Assembly: GCA_949358305.1 (NCBI GenBank)
Contig: OX442314.1
Span: 3,534,001 to 3,598,000, forward strand
Origin: Strigamia acuminata
Taxonomy: Eukaryota
Length of the DNA: 64,000 bases
Reading direction: 5' to 3'
Translations under genes and position numbers: made by a program
Shown: positions 10,137 through 22,300 of the stretch, in pieces
Layout: each line of letters begins with the position of its first letter
Position numbering within the stretch: the first letter of the stretch is position 1
The notes under the pieces: model-generated
The model's input: the letters and a program-made list of their open reading frames with translations, nothing else
The model's database searches: none
What the model was told of the DNA's origin: nothing

Positions 10137-10580
10137 AGGTAGGTTCACACTTGTGTTCACACTAGACCCAACGCAAGAAAACTGACGCAACGCAAGCTGC
10201 TTGCGTGCAAAATTCTTGACATTGAAGCCAATTCCTGCTTTAACTCCAAGTTGAAGTAAACGACGCAACGCAAGAAAAGGTCTTGCAGCCAACCAATCAC
10301 GATCAACACCAATCACGATCGACTCATCGATTCACGTCTGGTTGGCGAGACTTTGCCACATCCAAGCAAGCTGCTATTTTCGGATTCTGGAACTAGTTCT
10401 AGAACTAGATCCAATTCCAGGTTTCATTGAAACCATCTGATCGGCCAGACGCAACATCAATTGTTTCAGCTCTGTCTAAACGTGCCATACAGTGTGAACA
10501 GACTCTGCATTGCATTTGATTAATTTTTCCTTGCATTGCTTTGCATCGCCCCTAGTGTGAACACAAGTGTGAACCTAGCT
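10137..10580. mobile_element. PIF/Harbinger-type MITE in ABCA intron (copies at 38468-38911 and 52610-53053)
   Basis: TIR AGGTAGGTTCACACTTGTGTTCACACTAG / CTAGTGTGAACACAAGTGTGAACCTAGCT, flanked by TAA on both sides. Confidence 0.85.
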
Positions 10581-10585
10581 TAACC

Positions 10586-10644
10586 CAGTGGTTCTTAACC
10601 TTTTTGGAGAGTCCAGCACCCCCTTGGATGCATAAAAACCACTG
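10586..10644. mobile_element. Possible tiny hAT-like remnant
   Basis: CAGTGGTTCTTAACC ... AAAAACCACTG ends; no matching 8-bp TSD. Confidence 0.35.
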
Positions 10645-11562
10645 GCCTACTCCTTTCCTAAATACAATAATATTTCCTTTAAAAATTGAAACTAAATAAG
10701 ACGTTACCAGTTTTCTCTCCGCCAGTGAACGTCCCCGTCTGGTCTACGGTGGAAAAAAGTATCATGAGCAAAACGGAGCAAACAATGTGCGTAGCATAAT
10801 CCCAAACGAAAGAAGCGGCCCAGAAAACAGCGCCGTCGACGCCGGTCATGAGTTGCAGATGTTTGGACTTGGTGGCCCGCTCGTGGATCGGAAACACGAT
10901 GAACGACGAAGAGAGAAACGAAAGCCCGACCGGCACAAACACGCCCAGCATGATCGACTTCACCATCTGTATGATGGCGGCGATGGGGAAGTTGCTCTTC
11001 TGGTCCGTCTCCAAAGGCGCGTTCTCGACGACCAACGACACGTTTTCCGTCTTGTTGTAATGTCTCGCCATCGCGTTGTGCAACAAATTGAGCGCTAGCG
11101 GTTCGGTGTGGTAGAAGAGCCCGTTGTACCACAAGTTCATCTTGGTTTTGTCGCCGGACTCGCTGAAATTGGCTCCGACGATGTATTTGTTGGAATAATC
11201 GATGAAGTGCTTCTGGCTGAGTTCCTTCAGGTAGTCCATGGCGTCGCCGCTGACGTTGACGAACGTGGTGTCTGTCGGGAACGAGGAATGGTAATAGTAT
11301 TCGTAATCTTCGTTGAGGTTTTTTTGGAAAACCGTGGTGGCGCCGTACTGCGATATGTCCATGGTTAATGCGGGTAAGGAGGTGGGAGTTAAATCCAGTC
11401 TGTTGTTGACTATCAGGACGGTTGTTATCATTATGACTGGTAAAAGAATCTGTTGAAATAGAATAAGTTAAATTATATGAATTGTTGAATTATAATTTCA
11501 TATAATATTCATATATATTTCAATATATGTCAATTATATTGAAATTGTTGAAATAATAATAA

Positions 11563-12146
11563 TATTGTTGAAATTGTATTTTTTATTGGTGAAATTGTAT
11601 TTTTTATTGTTGAAATTGTATTTTTTATTGTTGAAATTGTATTTTTTATTGTTGAAATTGTATTTTTTATTGTTAAAATTGTATATTTTATTGTTGAAAT
11701 TGTATTTTTTATTGTTAAAATTTTATTTTTTATTGTTGAAATTGAAATCGCCAATTTGGCACAAAATCTTTTAAAAATCGCCAATTTGGGACAAAATCCT
11801 TTAAAATCGCCAATTTGAGACAAAATCTTTTAAAAATCGCCAATTTGGGACAAAATCTTTTAAAAATCGCCAATTTGGGACAAAATCTTTTAAAAATCGC
11901 CAATTTGGGACAAAATCTTTTAAAAATCGCCAATTTGGGACAAAATCTTTTAAAAATCGCCAATTTGGGACAAAATCTTTTAAAAATCGCCAATTTGGGA
12001 CAAAATCTTTTAAAAATCGCCAATTTGGGACAAAATCTTTTAAAAATCGCCAATTTAGCACAAAATCTTTTAAAAATCGCCAATTTAGGACAAAATCTTT
12101 TAAAAATCACCAATTTGGGACAAAATCTTTTAAAAATCGCCAATTG
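11563..12146. repeat. Adjacent 21-bp and 30-bp intronic minisatellites (also 39894-40477, 54036-54619)
   Basis: (attgttgaaattgtatttttt)n followed by (aaaatcgccaatttgggacaaaatctttta)n, about 13 copies. Confidence 0.95.
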
Positions 12147-12944
12147 GGAGCTCGTCTATGCAGTCCCCATTTAATGGTTATGCCCATCTTCGATTTGATC
12201 ATCGCCAATTTTTTCTTACTTGAGCTAACAGCAAGACCCAACGGCGTTTCGAATAATACCATCGTTTCAAGAGCAACGCCGTAAACGGTTGCATCCACGA
12301 ATTAAAACCCGTTGATCGTTGGATGCCGCTCACTCCGTTTCCAACTGCAACTGCAAAAATCAAATTTAAAAAAACAACACTTTATTTATTATTATTTTTT
12401 ACAATATATTTACCATAATTACCAGTATAATGAAGTAAATTAGCGTTCGATTGATTTTGCTGGATCACGCCGTTGTTGACGCTGCTGCCGCTGCTTTCCT
12501 TGACGCTTTCGCCAACCTTGAGAAAAACTTCTTCCATCGTGGTGACGCAAATGCCGAAGTTATTCATGCCGAGTTTTGGCGCGTTTGATTCGAGGTGCTT
12601 AAACATGTCGGCGAATGTGTTCGAGGATTCCGAAGGAAGGATGAGACTTAGTTCGGTCGCGTTGTCGGATTTGATCACGACTCCCGGAACGTGTTGCTGC
12701 ACCAACGCGCAAATGCGGTTTACATCGCAATGGTCGGCTTTGCTGATATTCAAATGGTATCCGGCACCTAGAAATTAATCGTTTGGAAAATGTAATGGCA
12801 TTTTTAAACGTGTGCTAAATAAACATGGAAAACCATTAAAAAGTACTGAATAAATGTTGACAAATGTTGAATAAATATCGAAGTGTGTTGGATAAATTTT
12901 GAGAAATGAAAAATAAATGGTGGGAAACGTAGAATAAACGTTAA

Positions 12945-13710
12945 GAAACATTGGAAAGCATTGGAAAACATTGAAAAAACATTGAAAACGTTTGAAAATA
13001 TTGAAAAACATTGATAAAACATTGAAAAACATAGATAAAACATTGAAAAAACATTGAAAACGTTGGAAAATATTGAAAATCATTAATAAGACATTGAAAA
13101 CGTTAGAAAATACTAAAAAACATTGATAAAACATTGAAAAAACATTAAAAACGTTGGAAAACATTGGAAAACATTGAAAAAACATTGGATAACATTGAAA
13201 AAACATTGGAAAACATTGAAAAAACATTGAAAAAGTTGGAAAAACATTGGAAAACATTGAAAAAACATTGAAAACGTTGGAAAATATTGAAAAAACATTG
13301 AAAACGTTGGAAAATATTGAAAATCATTAATAAAACATTGAAAAAACATTGATAACATTGGGAAACATTGAAAAAACATTAAAAAACATTGAAAAAACAT
13401 TGAAAAACATTGAAAAAACATTGAAAAACATTGAAAAAACATTGATAAAACATTGGAAAAACATTGGAAAACATTGAAAAACATTGGAAAACATTGAAAA
13501 AACATTGGAAAACATTGAAAAAACATTGGAAAACATTGAAAAAACATTGATAAAACATTAATAACGTTGGGAAATATTGAAAATCATTAATAAAACATTG
13601 AAAAAACATTGATAACATTGGGAAACATTGAAAAAACATTGGAAAACATTGAAAAAACATTGGAAAACATTGAAAAAACATTGATAAAACATTGAAAAAA
13701 CATTGAAAAG
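12945..13710. repeat. 10-11-bp intronic minisatellite (aaaacattgg/aaaaaacattg)n (also 41276-42041, 55418-56183)
   Basis: Read directly; explains the spurious MFFQCF ORFs. Confidence 0.95.
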
Positions 13711-14263
13711 ATTAAATAAGCAAAATTACCGTATCTTTTCTTCAAAAACAACGGAGAACCGCAACACTCAATCTGCCCTCGTGCCATAATAGCGATCCTA
13801 TCGCCCAGCACATCGGCCTCTTCCATAAAATGCGTGCTCAAAATAATGCACCGATCCTTCCTCGCTTCCTGCAGCAACTCCCAGATGGCTCTCCTCGCTT
13901 CCGGGTCCATCCCCGACGTCGGTTCATCCAACATAACTATCTAAAAACCCAAAAAAAAATCATTCCAAAACTAAAACACAAAAAAAAAAAAATACTTTTG
14001 GATTTCCAATCAGAGCGATTCCCAAATTCAACTTCCGCTTCATTCCGCCGAACAACTGCATGGCAAGCGTGTTCCTCTTGTCCCACAGCTGCAGTTTGTG
14101 CATCAGGTTTGTCACTTCCGTGTTGAGTTTCTTGGCCGAATTGATCTTGAGTTGTCCGAAAAACTTGAGGTGTTTATGACGGTTTATAAGTGCTATTTAT
14201 TAATAACACGGCCGAATTTTAAGTGTTTTTTGCGAAACCCGCATTTGTCAATGCTCCGAGTCG

Positions 14264-14277
14264 CCACTAGATGGCGC
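14264..14277 (+). promoter_or_regulatory. CTCF-consensus motif in LTR U3 (also 26703-26716)
   Basis: CCACTAGATGGCGC fits the CCACYAGRKGGC(R) consensus. Confidence 0.55.
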
Positions 14278-14598
14278 GATTATAATTCAGCGGTAAATTC
14301 GAATTGCGAGTTAAGAAAACTGGTAAATAAATATAAGAATATATTTATTTATATGAAACGACACTTTATTAGGATTAATATAAATATATATTAATAATTA
14401 TTGTTCACACTAGTGATGGGAATCTCTAGTTCAGCAGAAATGGAGATTTGATAATCCATCGATCAACCGATCGATGTGATTGGTGGATCCATTTCCGGTC
14501 CTGGGTATCCAGTTCCGGTTGTGGTGGGAATTAGCATATTGCTCCTCCGTATCCACTTCCGGCGATACGGGATTGGAGGGATTCGTGGAACCCATGTT

Positions 14599-14645
14599 CC
14601 AATTGGTTGATTGGATTAATCTCTAATCCAGTCAGGTTATATAAA
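14599..14645 (+). promoter_or_regulatory. Probable LTR promoter: CCAAT boxes and TATA box
   Basis: CCAAT at 14599, ATTGG at 14610, TATATAAA at 14638-14645; candidate AATAAA at 15818-15823. Confidence 0.55.
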
Positions 14646-15922
14646 CCCAAACAACCGGCCATCCGGCGGCTCTGTTTGATTATTTCTGTTTGGTATTATT
14701 ACTTAAGAAATATGATTCGTTGTCCATTAAAAAACCTTTTGGTTCTTTGTTGATTTATTCACAAAGAACCGCGGCATGATTCTACCGAATCATGCAACCA
14801 CCGGCAATTGAAGCCGACGTATTGGATTGTTATGTTGCATACATGTTTCAAGTTACGGTCTCGCCGAGGAGAACCTGCCTTCTGTGCAATTCAGTATCCT
14901 CCGGGCAGGATTAAGTGGTCATTTTCGGTATGAACGCATCTCGTAACCGCAAGTAAGCACCGGAACTGTTGAGAGTTGGTTCCTTCACCTGTTGGTGCAA
15001 AAGCAGTCTGTTTCACAGTAACCACGAGTAGCACCAAGTGTTTGGCAAGCTGATTCTCATGGTATTTGGTGCCAAAGCAGTCGTTTTGTTATTAGTACCG
15101 CGAAGGGCTAAACTGCTGTGCGGAGCCGCGAGCTATCGACTCCTGTGTACGTGATACCGTCAATCGCTAGACGAACGACCGTGTTGCGGCGCAGGGGACG
15201 CTTGATACCGTTCTGCATGGCAAGGCGTTTTCTATCGATGGCAATTGTGTGTTGCGACGGGAAGTCTAACATTTATCCTTTACGTTTATAACAGAACAAT
15301 ATTAACTTGGCCACAAGTTAATTAATCAAAGTCAGGAAGACTTAAAAAACAAGAATACATTGAACTCAATGTGACAAATAAGTTGACGACAACTTATCGA
15401 TGAAATATCCAGTAGAAAAACTCACAACACTTATGAATTAAATATAATTCATAATTGGAATATTGATAAGTAAATGAATACATTTACTTACACCAATATC
15501 CTCCCAAAGTTGTGGCGGTGCAGACAAAGTCAACCGCAATGCTCAGATCATTCGATTTATCGACGTGCGATAATATTACACAGCGAACCAAGGAACCAGC
15601 GAAGCCGTATCGGACTCCAGGACACAGCCATCCGGCTTAGATGACATCTATAATCAGGTCGAGCGATGGGGAAACCGCTCCCATCTCCCAGACCCGTAAT
15701 GATATTATTTTAGGGCCAGTTGGCCAATTCTTTGTATAGTTTAATAGTTGATTTAACTTGCCAAATGTCGGCATTAGTCCTATGTATAATTTAGCTCATT
15801 TCATATTGTTTGCCAACAATAAACTGTCTTGTATTTATCTCGTATTGTATTCACTGTTTATTTATTGCGATCTCTTCCCGGTACCATTGTTAAATGGGAG
15901 TTGTGGTCGTCACCGTCACACG

Positions 15923-15940
15923 TGGAGGTCCCACCGAGAT
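15923..15940 (+). other. Primer-binding site complementary to the 3' end of tRNA-Gln
   Basis: TGGAGGTCCCACCGAGAT, 2 nt after the LTR; reverse complement ATCTCGGTGGGACCTCCA matches the metazoan tRNA-Gln 3' end as I recall it. Second copy at 16158-16175. Confidence 0.85.
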
Positions 15941-16984
15941 TAGGTTGCAATTAAATTCGATTGAATTGCAACAGTGAATATTGGAGATAAATATTTAACT
16001 AAAAGATTTAAGTTAAAAATAGACAGATTAAATTCTCAGTTTATATTTCCATGTGAAGAAGTTAAACTGATGAAATAGAAATACGTAGTAGATTTTCCTT
16101 CATTATTTTCGTTTGAAGATTTTAGGGATTTCAAAGACTACCACCTAATCTCACACGTGGAGGTCCCACCGAGATTAGGTTGCAATTAATTCGATTGAAT
16201 TGTAAAAGTGAATTTTTTTGAGATAAATAAGGCTAAAAAATTTGTAAATAAATTTTACAAATTGCAGTTTTAGAAAGTACATTCTGTTTTCTCGAAGAAA
16301 ATGAATAATACAATTCTGGACGAAGGAATTGCAACCAGGAATTCTAAATCTATCACACGATGGTTGAGATAGATTTAATCGAAGTATTTAAAAACTAAAA
16401 GCTTCGGAGAATTTGATGGATATAAAACACAGAATAGTTATATTTTGATATTTACTTTATTTTTCCGTGAAAAAGTAAAAGTAAGACAAGTTTAAACATG
16501 TTTAACGAATCGCAAGACAAAGAAAACTTGCAAAATATGGAACTTCAAAGTAAAATCCAGTATTAAGGAGAAGATATAATAATTGGAAACAATTGACAAA
16601 GGTTGAAAGTGAATTTATTTTATTTTTATGAAATATATAATTTTGGGAATATTTACAAATAATCTCTCGAAGGAATTTTATTTTATCGGTAAAGACTAAA
16701 AGTCGAAAAGAACGGACTTAGTAGAGAACTGATGACGAAAATGATACGTTCGTTATACAATCAGTTGATAACGAACCAGCCAATCAGGAACTAGGTGATC
16801 TAAGGATCCCCAGCCCCTTGCTATTAAAGGAGAGCCAGATCAGATTGAGATCATTCGCTTCCAGACCAGACCAGCAGACGTGTTTCAGTAACCATCCTGA
16901 CTGCGCCATCCGATTCTAGTTACGATTCGAAGTTTTCCACCGCTAAAATAGTAAAAAAGACCGATTCAATTATATTTTTATAAA

Positions 16985-19321
16985 ATGGATCCAAACAATC
17001 TTCCTAACGAAGAAAAAGTGGCTGAAGAAAAGGCCGTAGAAGAAATAGTTAGCTTGGATTCAAGTTATGTAAAACTTTGTGACCAAACGGAAATGATTCC
17101 CGATGAACTCACACAGTTTTGTACGCATTACGAACTAGATAGAACTCAGTTCAAAAACATAATCGAAGCTTCTGAATTTGTGACGAAGCGGGCGTTACGT
17201 AACATACGTATTAATCCAACTCCGGAAAAACGAGCAGAACTTTCGAAGGAGAGTTCGGCGAACCATAATTCTGGAAAGGACCCAATCCCGTCGCCAAGAG
17301 ATCTGTCTGAAGAAAACCGATCACGATCTAAAACTCCACAACGTAAGTTGGGGGATCAAGCAAGAATTAAAACTCCGTCGGTTCGTAACCAAGATATTCG
17401 AGAATTATTTCGAACATCAAGCAAGGAATCGCTTGATCAGTCCAGTTTAGGAAATAGAACTCCTCACTCCCGCAACGCCAGTTACCACAATACTCCAAGT
17501 ATTTCGGAGGTAGGAGGATCCAATTTTTCAACTTTTCAACCTGAAAATGCTAAAAAGCAACCCAATCCACATATTTATACGGAGAATGGGACGAGACATT
17601 TTGCCAAACAAACCCCTAGAGGGCGAGGCAATAAATCCGCCATTCGACGGAAATTATCTCCACTACCATCTCCAGTCTTACCTCAAACTCGACAAGAACA
17701 ATTGAGATTAGACGAAGTGGAAAAGGAACGAATTAGGCTGGAAGCAATTAATCAAAAACAGATTAACGACGAAAAGATTCGCCAAGATAAACTTGAAGGA
17801 GAAGTTGTCAATCAAAACGAAGTTCGTAAGTCGATAGACAAAAACGATAAAATTCTAATTAATCAATTACGGGCTCAATGGCGACAGGAACACGATGAAA
17901 AGTTCCAAAAGCAACAAGATCAATACAATAAGAAGTGGGCGGAAGTGAACAGAATTGAAGACAATCAACGCAAGCGGGAGAAAACCTTACAGGAAAGCAT
18001 CCGGCTAAATCTCGCGGCGTCCACTCGGGCTAGCCATGGTAGTGAACCCCGAGACCAGACAAATCCGTCACGTGCATCTACCGATGACATTCCAAGTTCA
18101 CATTCCTCGGCAGAAAGTTCTACAGGAACTAGACTTCCCTCTGACGGAACTAATATTTCATTTGACTATATTTTGAAAATGCAACAAAATATGGCCGCCC
18201 AATTCCAAAAACAATTGGATAGTCGAATAGATACATTCGTTCAAACTCAACAAACAACTGGGCCGCAACGATCTAATAATCCAGGACCCAGTAAAGTCTT
18301 TTTCAAAGGACAAGACCTTCCAGTTTTCGATGGAAAACAGGAGGATATAGATAAATTTTTATCAGTAGCTAAAACTGTAGCTATTTCAAAGGGATTAACT
18401 CTGGACGAAATGGTTAATCAAGGTATTCCCACCTATTTGTCCGGATTAGCCCAACAATGGTATGACGAGAATAAAACCAAGTTTACCAACTGGGAAACCT
18501 TCGTAGAATTATTTCGTGAAGAATTCGACATGATTCCAACTACTCGACTCCGAAATCTACGAAAAGTAATCCAAGGAGACGATGAACCTTTATATGAATT
18601 TCTAGTCAGATTCACTAAAGCCCAAGGATCGTACTCCGAAAGAGGAAATGTTGCCACACTTTTCGACAACTTGAATTGGACAAGTTACAATAGATTAATC
18701 GATCGAAATCTATACAGGAGCGATTCAGTGGATAAAATCTTTCAATTCGTACGAACGAATAGAGCACTCTTTGAACCCCAAAGAATCCGTACAGAGAATT
18801 CCAAGGAAATTGATAAAGTGGTATCTAACAACCAGAAGTATTCTAAAGATACCAAAAATACGAGACCTTCGGCTCGATCCACTCAAATGATGGAAATAGA
18901 GCCGGAAGAAGAAATAATGGAGGTCAATGAGTTGACAGAGAATAATGTATCAATGGATAATTTATTATGTGCCATGTCGGAAAATCAGACAGGGAAATGT
19001 TTTCATTGTAAACAACCAGGTCATTTCAAAAGAGAATGTCCTCTGCTTCCAAAGCGAAAATTTAGCAATAATTTCCCTGGAAATAATAATTCCAATAACA
19101 ATAGCGCTAATCAGCAGCCGAACGAATTTAAGCGACCACGCCAAAATTGGGTAACTGCCGAAGCTATTGATCAAAAAATGGAAGAGTTAAAAACTGATAT
19201 GAATAACAGTATGCAAACAACGATAAGTAAGACAGTGTCGGATTTATTTAGTAAATTCTTAGACCCGAAGAACGCTACTACGGCACCAATTACTGAAACC
19301 CCACCGGTTCCAAAAAACTAG
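16985..19321 (+). CDS. gag: Gag (capsid-like region, CCHC zinc knuckle)
   Basis: LPVFDG..YLSGLAQQWY..WETFVELFREEF; CFHCKQPGHFKREC. Confidence 0.93.
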   Translation: MDPNNLPNEEKVAEEKAVEEIVSLDSSYVKLCDQTEMIPDELTQFCTHYELDRTQFKNIIEASEFVTKRALRNIRINPTPEKRAELSKESSANHNSGKDPIPSPRDLSEENRSRSKTPQRKLGDQARIKTPSVRNQDIRELFRTSSKESLDQSSLGNRTPHSRNASYHNTPSISEVGGSNFSTFQPENAKKQPNPHIYTENGTRHFAKQTPRGRGNKSAIRRKLSPLPSPVLPQTRQEQLRLDEVEKERIRLEAINQKQINDEKIRQDKLEGEVVNQNEVRKSIDKNDKILINQLRAQWRQEHDEKFQKQQDQYNKKWAEVNRIEDNQRKREKTLQESIRLNLAASTRASHGSEPRDQTNPSRASTDDIPSSHSSAESSTGTRLPSDGTNISFDYILKMQQNMAAQFQKQLDSRIDTFVQTQQTTGPQRSNNPGPSKVFFKGQDLPVFDGKQEDIDKFLSVAKTVAISKGLTLDEMVNQGIPTYLSGLAQQWYDENKTKFTNWETFVELFREEFDMIPTTRLRNLRKVIQGDDEPLYEFLVRFTKAQGSYSERGNVATLFDNLNWTSYNRLIDRNLYRSDSVDKIFQFVRTNRALFEPQRIRTENSKEIDKVVSNNQKYSKDTKNTRPSARSTQMMEIEPEEEIMEVNELTENNVSMDNLLCAMSENQTGKCFHCKQPGHFKRECPLLPKRKFSNNFPGNNNSNNNSANQQPNEFKRPRQNWVTAEAIDQKMEELKTDMNNSMQTTISKTVSDLFSKFLDPKNATTAPITETPPVPKN

Positions 19322-19343
19322 TGGCGGGGGTCCTCGAGCCCCC
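19312..19343 (+). promoter_or_regulatory. gag-pol -1 ribosomal frameshift signal
   Basis: A AAA AAC directly before the gag TAG, 7-nt spacer, then GGGGG-tcctcgag-CCCCC stem; pol is in the -1 frame. Confidence 0.85.
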
Positions 19344-22300
19344 TATTAATAATTCCGAAGGAATTTTACCACCAGACTTGGAACAAGCACTTTCCGAAAC
19401 TTTGGATAATTTAACTATTCAAGATAAAGAAATTAAGCGTGCTCGTCCTAACCGGAAGACACGGAAAAGGAACTGGAATTATAAGTTTAAAATCGCGTCA
19501 AATACGCCCTTTTCGGCAGAGGAGACAGCAAACCCGTTCTTGAATTTTCACGACGACCTGTTTTCTCTAGATAAGGGGGACGAATCTTTAGCTAGATTGA
19601 TACAAGATACATCCAATCTTAATATTCGTGATGAATCCACCAGTTCTAGTGGAGGAGTATTCGAGAATTTACAATCAATGATTGATAATTTGAATCCCGA
19701 CTCCAAATCCTCCAGATTTGCGAGATTAAAATCTTACATTAACGAGAATCAGTTAAAACGAAAAGATGGCATCGAACGAATTAATAAATTGGGAAATCAC
19801 ATCGACGACCCCCGAATGAAAATTACAATAGGTGGACTCACCTATAATGCTTTGATGGACTCAGGAGCCACACAGTGTTTTATTGGGTTGCAATTACTAA
19901 GTAAAACTTGTGCATCTCCCGATTTCATACAAGATTGTCCAAAACACATGAGAGTTTGTGCAGTCGGAGTTACTCATATTCCACTAGGACAAATTACTTT
20001 GTGTGTACAATGGGCAGATGGAGCAGAATTCACACCAATAAATTTTATCATTTTGGATAATAATGTGTGTGGATTAATTATCGGACATAATTTTATGCGC
20101 CGAACCAAAATTAATTTAAATCCAGCACGAGCTGTATTTACTTGCGACAGCAAGTCCGACTGGACTGCACCCTACGAAACTGACGAGTTAAATTGTAATT
20201 TAGCTCGAGTACAAGTGTTGACTGACAACGCAACAGCCACACACACGCCAGATAATTGGGAAGAATTGCTGGTAAAGGATTGTGACTGTTCAGATGAGGA
20301 AAAAAGTAAATTACGCGAAGTAATTGCTAGTGTTAAGAACGTCTTTAGAGATAAAGTCGGATGTACTAACATAATAAAGCATAAGATCACCTTTAAAAAG
20401 GATGTAACGTGGAAAAAACAACCATTTCGAATGTATAACCCTGCTAAAATAGCCATTATGACTAAATTAGTAGAAGAATTAGAAGCGGATAAATTTGATC
20501 GAAAGAGCTACTGGACCTTACATAAGCCATCCAGTGATCGTAGCCAAACCAAATGGTACTTATCGTTTATGTATCGATTATCGGTGGTTGAATGCAATCA
20601 CCGAAATTAACGCCATACAAATGCCAAGTATTGATTTGTTACTCCACAATACTAATCAGGCAAAATATTTCACGTCTCTTGACCTTACCAAAGGTTATTA
20701 TCAGGTCGAGATGGACGAGGAAGATAGACAGAAAACAGCCTTTTATACTCCGAAAGGCAATTACCAATTTGTCCGCATGCCTTTTGGTCTTTGCAATGCG
20801 CCGTGTACATTTCAGTTCTTAATGGAACGAGTGATGGGCGAAGCATTATACAAACACGCGTTAGTCTATTTGGACGACGTGATAATCTTCTCCACCACTT
20901 GGGAGAAACATCTTGAACATATCAAAGATGTGTTGGAAAGACTAGATAAGGCCAACTTATCAGTAAATAAGGAAAAATCAAAATTTGGAAAAACTACACT
21001 CAAATTTTTGGGTCATTTGATAACTCCAACCGGATTAGCACCTGACCCAGACAAGATAGTATCCGTTAGGAAATATCCAACTCCTAAGAATTCCAAGGAT
21101 ATTCAACGATTTCATGGCTTGTCAAATTTCTTCCGGAAATTTATTCCCGAACATGCAAAAATTGCTAGGCCTCTAACTAGCATGATGCATGATAAAGCAG
21201 TGTTCGAATGGGGAGAAGAACAAGAGAAAGCTTTTGAAACAATAAAAAATATTTTATGTGACGAAACACAGGTTTTGTTAATGCCAGATATGATGAAACC
21301 ATTCGTAATCTTGACAGACGCATCGCATGATGGACTTGGTAGTGTGTTATGCCAAGATGTAGAATTCTTCGATGAAGGAAAAAGAGAAATGATCATGACT
21401 CCTAGACCCGTAGCTTATGCTAGTCGAGTCTTACGAGGGGCAGAAGTACGCTACTCAACACCCGAACTCGAGTGTTTAGCAGTAGTATGGGCAGTCGACA
21501 AATTCCGACCGTATATCGAATATACGACTTTTACTTTGGAATCAGACGCCGAAGCATTAAAATGGCTGATGGGAACACCAGAACCATCGGGACGATTTGG
21601 TCGTTGGGCAATTAAACTTCAATGTGGCGCCTTTAAGATTAAATATCGACGAGGTACCCAGAACCAAGTTGCCGACGCCTTCTCGAGAGCGCCTTTGGAG
21701 ATCGAAGACATTCCAGAGAATGATTATTGTGAGCCAATCGAGATTACTCAATTCTGGCCGGAATGGGACGGAAATCGAGAAATTATTCGAAGGAATAATA
21801 GAGAAGATTGCCAATTTCTCACGAATGTGCAGCTTCATTTCGATTATTCCAAATTATTATACAATACTTTGGAAAAGGGGGAGAAGATGGATGAAGCTAC
21901 AGAAGAAACACTATTTAGTGCTTTAACTGAAGTTTTAAAGGAAGTTCCACCGACTCGAGAAGAAATTATAAAAGCTCAACTAGCCGACAAAGAGTGTAGA
22001 ATAATAATCGATCATCTGAAACGAGATGAAATCGAACAAAGAAAGTTTAAGAAAACTAAAGAATGGATGAAAGCAGTCCAAGGTTACCAATTAGATTTTC
22101 AAGAAGAAAATGGTAATGAAATGCTGATTTATTTCAAACCAACGTTTGAAGAGGAATTGAATGACTCTGGAAACGGATTTAAAGCTGTCATTCCACCGTC
22201 ATTAGTACGAAGAGTACTGTTTGCCTGTCACGGACATCCATTAAGTGGACATGCAGGGATGAGTAAGACGCTCGAACGAGCAAAACTTATATATTACTGG

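Larger units (their letters stand above)
14175..15920 (+). repeat. 5' LTR (1,746 bp)
   Basis: TATGACGGT...ACCGTCACA; matches 26614-28359 at offset 12,439. Confidence 0.96.

Noticed and set aside
11745..12146. 30-bp repeat array as CRISPR or repeat-protein gene
   Set aside because: No unique spacers, no cas genes, intronic; the [13 protein letters not shown]s are by-products of a 30-bp period.
12775..13934. Many MFFQCF/MFSNVF ORFs (and their copies)
   Set aside because: Translations of an intronic minisatellite; only about 13730-13940 is a real ABCA exon.
15474..15644. 56-aa ORF inside the LTR
   Set aside because: Short, no motif, no independent support.
16067..16097. CTGATGA..GAAA hammerhead-like cores (also near 16729)
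   Set aside because: Stems I-III cannot be formed convincingly; the second lacks stem II.
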